Assembly (NCBI GenBank): GCA_965261975.1
Contig: CBDHEC010000013.1
Location: forward strand, 1 to 22,143
DNA: 22,143 nt
Reading direction: 5' to 3'
Source: Alphaproteobacteria bacterium
GTDB taxonomy: Bacteria > Pseudomonadota > Alphaproteobacteria > UBA6615
Shown: in pieces, positions 9,055 to 17,281 of the stretch
How the letters are laid out: every line of letters begins with the position of its first letter
Position numbering within the stretch: position 1 is the stretch's first letter
Translations under genes and position numbers: made by a program
Notes under the pieces: model-generated
The model's input: only the letters and a program-made list of their open reading frames with translations
What the model was told of the DNA's origin: nothing
Databases searched by the model: none

Positions 9055-10236
9055 TCAGTTAACCGCGAGGCGGACGACATGGGTGACCAGCGCCCGAAGG
9101 CCTGTTTGCAGGCTCCCTTGCGGGCGCGGGGCGTCCGCGCCAGGGCTGTTACCCTCAAGGATCAAGTCAAACCGCTCGAAGGCCCGGGTCAGTCGCGCCT
9201 CATCGCCCCGGTGGCTGATCACGATCTCCGCCGAGTTGGCCGTGAGCGCGACAACCTGAATATTGGTAACCGCCGGAACCCGGCTGATGCGCGCGCGAAT
9301 ATCGATCCAGTTCTTCAAGTCGGCGATGGGAACCGCGGCCCGCAATTGGGCGATGTCTCCCGCCGCAAGCGCACTCGCCGCCTTCCATTCGTCCTCGATG
9401 ATTTCACGAACATCGCTAACCGCACGCGCGAAAATACTCCGCTCGTCTTCGCCCGCCTGTCCGATAACCGAAATACTGAAGGGGCTCATTTCCGGCAAAC
9501 CGACCGGCACGCTGACGATGTCGCTGCGCTGAATGCCCGGTTCCGTCTCGAACATATTTGCGATTGTGACAACCACACCGCGTGCGCCGTACCGTTCAGC
9601 GAAGCGGGCCAGTACGTCCGGGTCGCCATCGACCGCCTGATCAACCGTGAGTCCCGACAGATCCTCCAGGTCCCCGATGGGTGCCAGCATCGGCACGAGC
9701 CCGACCCCCTCTGGATGGTTTCGCCACGCCTCACGCCATGGGTTGGGGTCATCCCACAGCAGGTAACGCACCGGGGTCGCCAGAACGGGCACGACCGTCA
9801 ACGGCCGGCTGCGCAACTCGGCAAAAGGTACGCCGGACTGACGGAAGAGGTTCCGCACCGCGTCGGGTTTAAAGGTGACCGTCAGATTTGCGAGATAACG
9901 GACGTCCGAGGTCTTCTCGCCGTCGATCTGGATGGCATCGACGAGAAATCGCAACGTCGCGGGGTCGACATTCGCGGCCAGGCCGCGATGAACGCTGCGT
10001 GTCAGGCGCGCCTCGAGTTGCCCAAATGCCTGCAACTGGCCCTTCTCAAGAGCCCGCGCACGCGCCGCCGCAGCGGTCTGGGCGGTCTCGTCAAGGGCCA
10101 CATCCCGCACGACGAATATGTCCTCGAGCGCAGATTGCTGCGCCGAAAACGTCGACGAGCCCCCGACGGAAACGGCGCCTGCAGCAAACAACCACATGGC
10201 AAGAACGACACTAAATTTTTGCAGCGCGCGACACAT
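9055..10236 (-). CDS. Exported protein of unknown function, DUF2066-like
   Basis: Hydrophobic N-terminal signal-like segment, A-x-x-AR-x-x-A helix, Y-x-A-x-L-x-V-x-F, NPWREAW, P-x-GDLED. Position divergent from purM and upstream of hda is typical of this family. Confidence 0.7.
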   Translation of the reverse strand: MCRALQKFSVVLAMWLFAAGAVSVGGSSTFSAQQSALEDIFVVRDVALDETAQTAAAARARALEKGQLQAFGQLEARLTRSVHRGLAANVDPATLRFLVDAIQIDGEKTSDVRYLANLTVTFKPDAVRNLFRQSGVPFAELRSRPLTVVPVLATPVRYLLWDDPNPWREAWRNHPEGVGLVPMLAPIGDLEDLSGLTVDQAVDGDPDVLARFAERYGARGVVVTIANMFETEPGIQRSDIVSVPVGLPEMSPFSISVIGQAGEDERSIFARAVSDVREIIEDEWKAASALAAGDIAQLRAAVPIADLKNWIDIRARISRVPAVTNIQVVALTANSAEIVISHRGDEARLTRAFERFDLILEGNSPGADAPRPQGSLQTGLRALVTHVVRLAVN

Positions 10237-10345
10237 TGCAAATGACCTTGAAACACCTATTCTGACAAGCCAACACGGCGTGATTCGCGGTGTACAAGAA
10301 CACTGCGCCGCGAATGTGGCAATGCCATAGCACGAATAATGCGCA

Positions 10346-11434
10346 ATGCGCGCGAGGAGACGTACACTGGGGCTTTCCTACAAAGATGCCGGCGTGGATA
10401 TTGCGGCCGGCAACGCCCTCGTCGAGACCATCAAACCGCTGGCGGCGGCGACCCAGCGCGCCGGTTCCGTCGACGGCCTGGGGGGCTTCGGCGCCCTGTT
10501 CGATCCCAAGGCCGCAGGTTTCAAAGACCCCATCCTCGTCGCGGCGACCGATGGTGTGGGCACCAAACTCAAGCTCGCATTCGAAACGAGCCGGTTTGAT
10601 ACACTCGGCATCGATCTGGTTGCCATGTGCGTCAACGACCTCGTCGTGCAAGGCGCGGAACCGCTCTTCTTTCTCGATTACTTTGCCACCGGCGGACTCG
10701 AACCCGAAGTTGCCGCCGCGGTCGTGACGGGTATCGCGGAGGGTTGCAAACAGGCCGGCTGTGCGCTGATCGGCGGCGAGACGGCCGAGATGCCGGGCCT
10801 CTATGCCAGCGGCGAGTTCGACCTGGCCGGGTTTTCCGTCGGCGCCATGGAGCGCGGCACGGCGTTCCCGCGCCCCGACCGCCCGATCGAGGCCGGCGAC
10901 CTTGTCATTGGTCTCGCCGCCAGCGGGGTTCATTCGAACGGCTACTCCCTGGTGCGAAAAATCGTCGAGCGGGCAGGATGCGAACTGGCCGCACCGGCAC
11001 CATTCGATTCGGGCCAGGAACTCGGGGCCGCGCTTCTCACGCCGACACGCATTTACGTACGCGCGTGCCTGGCTGCGGCCGAGCTGCCGACACTCAAAGG
11101 TTATGCCCACATCACCGGCGGCGGCCTGCTCGAGAATATTCCCCGCGCCCTCCCCAAAGGCCTCGGCGCGTCGCTCGACGGTAACTGCTGGACGGCGCCG
11201 CCGGTCTTCGACTGGCTGCGACAGGCCGGCGAGGTCGATGAGATGGAGATGGCCAGAACCTTCAACTGTGGCATCGGCATGGTTGCCCTGACCGACAAGG
11301 ACGGCGCAAATGCCGTGGTCAGCGCCCTCAACGGCGCGGGTGAGCAGGCGTGCGTCATCGGCGAGATCACGTCATCCGCAGATGGTGAAATCGAGATCGC
11401 GGATCTTTCGACTGCCCTGGGCGGGGCCACATGA
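10346..11434 (+). CDS. purM: Phosphoribosylformylglycinamidine cyclo-ligase (AIR synthetase)
   Basis: [66 protein letters not shown]. True start may be CTG 10367. Confidence 0.98.
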   Translation: MRARRRTLGLSYKDAGVDIAAGNALVETIKPLAAATQRAGSVDGLGGFGALFDPKAAGFKDPILVAATDGVGTKLKLAFETSRFDTLGIDLVAMCVNDLVVQGAEPLFFLDYFATGGLEPEVAAAVVTGIAEGCKQAGCALIGGETAEMPGLYASGEFDLAGFSVGAMERGTAFPRPDRPIEAGDLVIGLAASGVHSNGYSLVRKIVERAGCELAAPAPFDSGQELGAALLTPTRIYVRACLAAAELPTLKGYAHITGGGLLENIPRALPKGLGASLDGNCWTAPPVFDWLRQAGEVDEMEMARTFNCGIGMVALTDKDGANAVVSALNGAGEQACVIGEITSSADGEIEIADLSTALGGAT

Positions 11435-12084
11435 ACCGCCTGAAGGTCGGTGTCCTGATTTCCGGCCGGGGTTCCAACCTGCAAGCGTTGATTGCGGCCT
11501 GTGCCGCGCCTGATTTTCCGGCCGAAATCGTCCTTGTCGTCTCGAACAAACCGGATGCCCTCGGGCTCGATCATGCCAGGGCCGCCGGCATCGATACCGC
11601 CGTGATCGCTCATGGTGATTTTCCCGACCGTGAGACCTTCGATCGGGAGATCGACAAGCATCTCAAATCCTCGGGCGCGGAGCTGGTCTGCCTCGCCGGG
11701 TTCATGCGGCTTCTGTCCAGCTGGTTCGTCGAGGCGTGGCGCGACCGGGTGGTTAACATCCACCCCTCGCTCCTGCCGGCCTTCAAGGGGATCGATGCCC
11801 ACGCGCAGGCTATCGCGGCCGGTGTGCGGCTCAGCGGTTGCACCGTGCACATCGTGCGCCCCGAGATGGATGCGGGGCCCATCCTGGTACAGGCCGCCGT
11901 TCCCGTCATGCCCAACGACGATGAAGACACCCTCGCCGCGCGCATCCTCGAAGCCGAACATGAATGCTATCCGCTCGCGGTGCGACTTCTGGCGGAAAAC
12001 CGGGTGGAAATCGTCGACGAACGCGCCGTCATCACGACGCGCGAGCGCCGCCATGACCCTCTCATCTTCCCGCCAACGGAATAA
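11431..12084 (+). CDS. purN: Phosphoribosylglycinamide formyltransferase
   Basis: [38 protein letters not shown] overlap with purM. Confidence 0.98.
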   Translation: MNRLKVGVLISGRGSNLQALIAACAAPDFPAEIVLVVSNKPDALGLDHARAAGIDTAVIAHGDFPDRETFDREIDKHLKSSGAELVCLAGFMRLLSSWFVEAWRDRVVNIHPSLLPAFKGIDAHAQAIAAGVRLSGCTVHIVRPEMDAGPILVQAAVPVMPNDDEDTLAARILEAEHECYPLAVRLLAENRVEIVDERAVITTRERRHDPLIFPPTE

Positions 12085-12110
12085 ACCGCACGCAGCACCG
12101 CCGAAGGGCT

Positions 12111-12139
12111 TTGACGCCCCCGGCGGTCGCGTATAAAAC
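12111..12139 (+). promoter_or_regulatory. Putative sigma70 promoter for the small COX-IV-like gene
   Basis: TTGACG (12111-12116), 17-nt spacer, TAAAAC (12134-12139) within TATAAAACT. Confidence 0.55.
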
Positions 12140-12175
12140 TCACGTCAAGGCTCAACCGGAAACATGCGAGTGAAC

Positions 12176-12301
12176 ATGTCCGACGAAATTATGGATCTCG
12201 ACCGACGCTGGAAAACCTGGGGTGGTTTTCTGAAGCTGATGGGTTACTCGGGGGGCGCCGTGGCGATCGCCCTGCTCATCATGTGGTGGACGATCGTCTA
12301 G
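12176..12301 (+). CDS. Small single-pass membrane protein resembling aa3-type cytochrome c oxidase subunit IV; not in the ORF track
   Basis: MSDEIMDLDRRWKTWGGFLKLMGYSGGAVAIALLIMWWTIV* (41 aa). The MD...T-W-x-GF-x-K pattern followed by one hydrophobic helix resembles alphaproteobacterial COX subunit IV. Has its own promoter candidate. An in-frame ATG also exists at 12164. Confidence 0.72.
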   Translation: MSDEIMDLDRRWKTWGGFLKLMGYSGGAVAIALLIMWWTIV

Positions 12302-12306
12302 CGGTT

Positions 12307-12333
12307 TGTCCCCGCGCCTGATGGGGCGTGGCA
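12307..12333. terminator. Possible hairpin between the convergent COX-IV-like gene and ndk
   Basis: CCGCGCCT-GATG-GGGCGTGG stem with G-U pairs. No strong U-tract. Confidence 0.3.
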
Positions 12334-12334
12334 A

Positions 12335-12757
12335 TCAGCCGACGATCTCATTCTCGTCAAAGAAGAAGGCGATCTCTTCCGCTGCGGTCTCGGGCGCATC
12401 CGAACCATGCACGGAGTTTGCCTCGATCGATTCCGCGAATTCCTTGCGGATTGTGCCTTCGTCAGCCTCGGCCGGATTCGTGGCACCCATAATCTCGCGG
12501 TTCCTGGCAATCGCGTTTTCGCCTTCCAGCACCTGCACGACCACCGGTCCGGACGTCATGAAGGCGACCAGGTCGTTGAAGAACGGGCGTTCGCGATGGA
12601 CCCCGTAAAAGGATTCCGCCTGCTCGCGGCTGAGGTGAATGCGGCGCTGCGCCACAACACGCAATCCGGCGTCCTCGAACTTGGCAATGATCTTGCCGGT
12701 GATGTTCCGCTTCGTGGCGTCGGGTTTAATGATCGAGAACGTGCGCTCGAGGGCCAT
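12335..12757 (-). CDS. ndk: Nucleoside diphosphate kinase
   Basis: [42 protein letters not shown] (catalytic His). 140 aa, GGAG SD. Confidence 0.99.
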   Translation of the reverse strand: MALERTFSIIKPDATKRNITGKIIAKFEDAGLRVVAQRRIHLSREQAESFYGVHRERPFFNDLVAFMTSGPVVVQVLEGENAIARNREIMGATNPAEADEGTIRKEFAESIEANSVHGSDAPETAAEEIAFFFDENEIVG

Positions 12758-12792
12758 GGATTTGCTCCGGTCTGGAATGGAAATGTGCGCGC

Positions 12793-12821
12793 CTTATATC
12801 CAGCACAGGCGGCGGCGACAA
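12793..12821 (-). promoter_or_regulatory. Putative sigma70 promoter for ndk, internal to the pepA-holC-ndk run
   Basis: Minus strand TTGTCG (12821-12816), 17-nt spacer, TATAAG (12798-12793). Confidence 0.65.
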
Positions 12822-12864
12822 GCCAACGTTCGTCGCACCGGCATTTCTGGTGTCGCACAAGCGA

Positions 12865-13323
12865 TTAACCGGCGGCCTTTTGCTCCCAGCCGCCGCGCTC
12901 GGTTTGTTGCCAATATGTCAGATCGTGCCCCGCATCCTTGTAGACCTGCCACCGCGCGCAAGCGGCGCTGACGATCGCATCGTCACGCCCGTCGAACAGT
13001 TCACAAACGAGATCGAAGCTCCCGGGGTCCGCCGATTGCGCGCCATCCGCGAGAAACAGGACCCGCGCTTCATTGGGATTTTCATCCTGATCCGTCAACC
13101 AGACCGGCTGCAACGCGGCGTGGCCATCGGCCTTGCTGCCATGGGGCAGGAAAACCCGGTCATTGTAGGTCCAGAGATGCGCGTTCAGATCTTCGACCCG
13201 CTCGGGCGAACCGGCAATGACGATTGCACGGCGTCCGTCTCGAATGACGGTCCGCTCAAGCATGACCGGCAACACCTCTTCGAGGGTGCGGCGTGTCAGG
13301 TGATAGAAACGAATCTCCGTCAC
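12865..13323 (-). CDS. holC: DNA polymerase III subunit chi
   Basis: I-x-FYHL, L-x-x-x-LWT...FLPHG, QPVWLT, LFDG, W-x-x-YK...LTYWQQ...GW. Downstream of pepA as is typical. Start set at GTG 13323 instead of the track start 13371, which overlaps pepA. Confidence 0.93.
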   Translation of the reverse strand: MTEIRFYHLTRRTLEEVLPVMLERTVIRDGRRAIVIAGSPERVEDLNAHLWTYNDRVFLPHGSKADGHAALQPVWLTDQDENPNEARVLFLADGAQSADPGSFDLVCELFDGRDDAIVSAACARWQVYKDAGHDLTYWQQTERGGWEQKAAG

Positions 13324-13336
13324 ATCGCGGCCTGTT

Positions 13337-14827
13337 CTATTTTTCGTAGTGGTCGCGAACGAACTGATCAAGCGTGCGCACGGCGAAGCCGGTCGCGCCC
13401 CGCGCCATCAGCGGCTGTTCCTTGTCCGACCAGGCGACACCAGCAATATCCATATGCGCCCAGGGTACATCATTGGCGTAACGCTGCAGGAACTGCGCAG
13501 CGGTGATGCTGCCGCCCCAACGCGGCCCGACATTCTTCATATCGGCACGTGGCGTGTTGATTTGTCGGTCGAAGGCATCGTCCAGCGGCATGCGCCAGAC
13601 TTTCTCGCCCACGCCCTGGCTGGACGAGACGATGCGTTTCGCAAGGTCTTCATCATTGGCGTAAAGGCCAGCATATTCACGGCCCAGCGCGACCATGATC
13701 GCCCCGGTAAGGGTCGCGAAGTCGATCATCACATCGGGCTTGAAGCGCTTCTGGGTGTACCAAAGGGCATCAGCCAGAACGAGGCGGCCTTCGGCATCCG
13801 TGTTGATCACCTCGATCGTCTGGCCCGACATCGACGTCACGATGTCACCGGGCCGTTGTGCATTACCGTCCGGCATATTCTCGACCAGGCCCACCACACC
13901 AATGACGTTCGCCTTGGCTTTCCGGCCCGCAATGGCCCGCATCGCGCCAATCACGGTACCCGCGCCGCCCATATCCCAGATCATGTCTTCCATGCCGCCG
14001 GCCGGCTTGATGGAAATGCCGCCGGTGTCGAAGGTCACGCCCTTGCCGATGAACGACACAGTCTTGGCATCCTTTCCGCCACCGTTCCAGCGCATCACCA
14101 CGAGTTGGGACTCGCGCACACTGCCCTGCCCGACGGCCAGCAATGCGTTCATGCCGAGCTTGCGCATCTGCGCCTCGCCCAACACCTCAACCTTGACGCC
14201 GAGCTTGGTCAGCTTGCGGCACTGGGCTGCCATCCATTTGGGTGATTTCACATTGCTGGGTTCAGACACGAGATCTCGCGCCATATCGACGCCATCCGCC
14301 ACCGGCGCCAACACCCCGTAGCGTTTGCGTGCATCCGCGGCACCCTTCACCATGATTTGAACACGCGCCAGCTTGTTGGGCGTGCGTCGTCCCTTCGCGT
14401 CGGTCAGGTATTTGTCATATTTGTAGGCACGCAGGCGCACGCCAATCGCGATACTCGCCGCCAGTTCACCACCGCGCACCTTGGCGCCCGTCATCTCCGC
14501 GACAATTGTTGCCGCGTTCGCCGAAACCGCGCCGATGGCCTTGTAGATCTGAGCGCCGATCTCCTGGGCACGCAGCGCGTCGAGGTCCTTGGCATTGCCG
14601 GCGCCGATCAGCAATATCGTCGCCTTTTCCCGGCCCTGCGGCGCGAGGATGGACAAACTTTCACCCTTCTTTCCCGCGAAACTCCCGGCTTTAAGGGCTC
14701 GCGAGAGCGCACCTTTGGTCACCTTGTCGACCGCCTTGGCGCTGCTTCCGAGCCGCGCATCCGCGTCGACCAGAAAAACCAGGACGCCGCTCGTGGGCAG
14801 TTTCGGTTCGGCAAACGAAATTTTCAT
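13337..14827 (-). CDS. pepA: Leucyl aminopeptidase (M17)
   Basis: GKGVTFDTGGISIKP, DMGGAG, ENMP, RPGDIV, NTDAEGRLVLAD, ATLTGA, WAHMDIAG. Start set at ATG 14827 (MKISFA); the track start is 14869. Confidence 0.97.
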   Translation of the reverse strand: MKISFAEPKLPTSGVLVFLVDADARLGSSAKAVDKVTKGALSRALKAGSFAGKKGESLSILAPQGREKATILLIGAGNAKDLDALRAQEIGAQIYKAIGAVSANAATIVAEMTGAKVRGGELAASIAIGVRLRAYKYDKYLTDAKGRRTPNKLARVQIMVKGAADARKRYGVLAPVADGVDMARDLVSEPSNVKSPKWMAAQCRKLTKLGVKVEVLGEAQMRKLGMNALLAVGQGSVRESQLVVMRWNGGGKDAKTVSFIGKGVTFDTGGISIKPAGGMEDMIWDMGGAGTVIGAMRAIAGRKAKANVIGVVGLVENMPDGNAQRPGDIVTSMSGQTIEVINTDAEGRLVLADALWYTQKRFKPDVMIDFATLTGAIMVALGREYAGLYANDEDLAKRIVSSSQGVGEKVWRMPLDDAFDRQINTPRADMKNVGPRWGGSITAAQFLQRYANDVPWAHMDIAGVAWSDKEQPLMARGATGFAVRTLDQFVRDHYEK

Positions 14828-15052
14828 GACGATCCATTCCATAAATATGCGGGACACAGGCTGCGACACGCCGTCGAAAGCCTATCGAGATTTAGAGTAC
14901 GCACGAACCGTGCGCAAGACATGCGCCGCGACAGCCGCAAGTGTTTTTCCCAGCCGAACGATCTGTTACAAACAAACCGACAGACAGGTCTTTGTTTTAC
15001 GAATCAGCAACTTGAGAGACGTTTTCAAGGAAACGTCAAACCGGGAGCATCC

Positions 15053-16168
15053 ATGACGTCGATCAGCGGATACATATTCCGGCAACTGGCATTTGCCTCG
15101 CTGTTCGTCGCTGGCACGCTCATCCTGCTGATTTCGTTGTTCGGCTCCCTCAGGCTGATCGACTTCATCGTCAATCGAGGCCTGCCGATCACCGTGTTGT
15201 TCGAGATGACGGCCCTCAACCTGCCGAAATTCATCGCCGTGGTGCTCCCGATCGCGATTTTTGCGGCCATCCTCGTGGTCTACAACAAGCTCACAAACGA
15301 CAGCGAGCTGGTCGTCATGCGCGCCGCCGGTATCGGCCAGCTGTCCCTGGCTCGCCCCGGCCTGATGCTCGGCGTCCTCGGGGTCCTCATCGGATACGCT
15401 CTGCAGCTGTACCTGGTGCCCGCGTCAACGCACGCTTTCAAACTGCAGCAATTCAACTACCGAAACAGTTACGGGAGTGTTCTGCTTCAGGAGCAACGCT
15501 TCAACACACCGGTCAGTGGCCTAACCATCTATGTTCGCGAACGATCCGGAGAAGGTGAGTTGCGCGGCATATTTGCCCATGATTCACGCGACCCCGAGCG
15601 CCCGGTGACCTACACCGCAGAGCGCGGCACTGCGACCCAGACGGGCCAGGGAACCCGGGTCATTCTGTTCAATGGCAGTCAGCAGGAGGTCGACCGGGAT
15701 TCCGGGCGCCTGACGCTGTTCAACTTCGACCAGTATTCGCTCGACCTCAGCTTCCTCAGCCCGGATGTCTCGACCCGTTGGCGAGAACCGGAGGAACGCT
15801 TCCTCGATTCGCTCCTATGGCCCGGAGAGGGTCTCCACGACCGCACCTATTCCAGCCAGCTGATAGCGGAAGGCCATCGACGCCTCACCAGTCCACTTCA
15901 CATTCTCGCCTTCGCCGCCGTGGCCATGGCCGTCCTTTTGTCCGGCGACCTGAACCGCCGCGGGCAGACCGGTCGTTTATTGCTCGCGATTGCGCTGATT
16001 TTTGCCATTCAGGTCGCGGCACTCGGATTGTTCAACATGTCGCGACGATCGCTGGCGATCGTTCCCTTCAGCTACGGTCTGCCACTCGGGGCAATCGCGC
16101 TCTCGGTATATTGGCTGTTGCGCAATCCGCGCCACAGGTCCGTCGCCCCGGCGGCGGCGGATGCCTAG
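15053..16168 (+). CDS. lptF: LPS export ABC transporter permease LptF
   Basis: MTSISGYIFRQL start with GGGAG SD, DSELVVMRAAG motif, 3+3 TM layout around a periplasmic domain, E.HRRL..P. Divergent from pepA. The track ORF from 14357 is over-extended. Confidence 0.92.
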   Translation: MTSISGYIFRQLAFASLFVAGTLILLISLFGSLRLIDFIVNRGLPITVLFEMTALNLPKFIAVVLPIAIFAAILVVYNKLTNDSELVVMRAAGIGQLSLARPGLMLGVLGVLIGYALQLYLVPASTHAFKLQQFNYRNSYGSVLLQEQRFNTPVSGLTIYVRERSGEGELRGIFAHDSRDPERPVTYTAERGTATQTGQGTRVILFNGSQQEVDRDSGRLTLFNFDQYSLDLSFLSPDVSTRWREPEERFLDSLLWPGEGLHDRTYSSQLIAEGHRRLTSPLHILAFAAVAMAVLLSGDLNRRGQTGRLLLAIALIFAIQVAALGLFNMSRRSLAIVPFSYGLPLGAIALSVYWLLRNPRHRSVAPAAADA

Positions 16169-16180
16169 GACTCCACGCCC

Positions 16181-17281
16181 GTGACCGCCTCCCGCACCAT
16201 ATCGTTTTATATCTTGCGACAGTTCCTGGTCTGGTTCGTGATCATGTTCGCCACGATCGTTGCGGTGATCATGCTGATCGACGCCGTCGAGTTACTGCGC
16301 CGCGGCAGCGGGCGCGAGGAGGCAACATTCAGCGTCATCACCAGCATGGCGCTGCTACGAACACCTTTCCTCGCCCAGGAAGCCGTGCCTTTCGCGGTCA
16401 TGTTTGGCGGAATATTCACGTTCCTGCGCCTCACGCGGAACCACGAGCTTGTCGTCTTGCGCGCCGCCGGCGTTTCCGTTTGGCAATTTCTGACACCGGC
16501 CCTCATCGCGGCCGTCGCACTCGGCATCGTCAACATCTCCGTGGTGAACCCGCTTTCCGCTGTATTGCTGTCTCAGTTCGAAGAACTTGAGGGCAGATAT
16601 CTCACCGGTCGGTCTTCGCTGCTCGCTGTCTCGGCAGAGGGCATTTGGCTTCGCCAGAACAGCGGTGACGGCAGCGGTCAGACGGTCATTCACGCCGAAC
16701 GGGTCCAGCCCGACGAACTCAAACTAGAGCAGGTCATCGTCTTCCAGTTCGCTGGTGATGACAAATTCACAGGTCGGATAGACGCCGAGAGCGCCTTGTT
16801 GCTGAACGGGCGGTGGGAATTGTCCGAGGCATGGCTCACCCGCCCCGGACGGGCCGGCGTGTTCGTCGCGAAGCAGGAACTTGCGACCGACCTGACGCCC
16901 GACAAGATCCAGGAAAGCTTCGCGAGCCCCGACACCGTTGCGTTGTGGAACCTCCCCCGGTTCATCAAAGTGCTGGAAGAAACCGGTTTCTCGCCGGTCG
17001 CGCACCAGCTGCAGCTGCATTCGCTTTTGGCGGAACCGGTCTTGCTGGCCGCAATGGTTCTGATTGCAGCGGTATTCTCGCTCCGCCTCACCCGACGTGG
17101 CGGCACAATTATTCTCGTCGGTGCCGGCGTCCTGGCCGGGTTTTTCCTGTTCCTGCTCACCAACGTCATTCAGGCGCTCGGCCTCGGCGCCAGCGTGCCC
17201 GTAATCCTCGCGGCCTGGACACCGGCTGGCGTCAGTATGCTGGTCGGCATAACGTTCCTCCTACATCTGGAGGACGGATGA
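16181..17281 (+). CDS. lptG: LPS export ABC transporter permease LptG
   Basis: YILRQF, HELVVLRAAGVSVWQ, IWLRQ, LAAWTP, C-terminal LLHLEDG. Confidence 0.95.
   Translation: MTASRTISFYILRQFLVWFVIMFATIVAVIMLIDAVELLRRGSGREEATFSVITSMALLRTPFLAQEAVPFAVMFGGIFTFLRLTRNHELVVLRAAGVSVWQFLTPALIAAVALGIVNISVVNPLSAVLLSQFEELEGRYLTGRSSLLAVSAEGIWLRQNSGDGSGQTVIHAERVQPDELKLEQVIVFQFAGDDKFTGRIDAESALLLNGRWELSEAWLTRPGRAGVFVAKQELATDLTPDKIQESFASPDTVALWNLPRFIKVLEETGFSPVAHQLQLHSLLAEPVLLAAMVLIAAVFSLRLTRRGGTIILVGAGVLAGFFLFLLTNVIQALGLGASVPVILAAWTPAGVSMLVGITFLLHLEDG

Noticed and set aside
10317-10332. TGGCAATGCCATAGCA, a GG-N10-GC sigma54-like motif containing the palindrome TGGCA-A-TGCCA, upstream of purM
   Set aside because: It departs from TGGCAC-N5-TTGC at key positions, sigma54 control of purM has no support here, and short palindromes arise by chance.
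14357-15052. Apparent N-terminal extension making a 603-aa LptF fusion
   Set aside because: The extension is antisense to pepA. The likely real start is ATG 15053, with a GGGAG SD and a typical LptF N-terminus.
16813-17277. Apparent N-terminal extension making an 865-aa LptD
   Set aside because: It overlaps lptG in another frame. The signal peptide and GGAGG SD place the start at 17278 or 17281.
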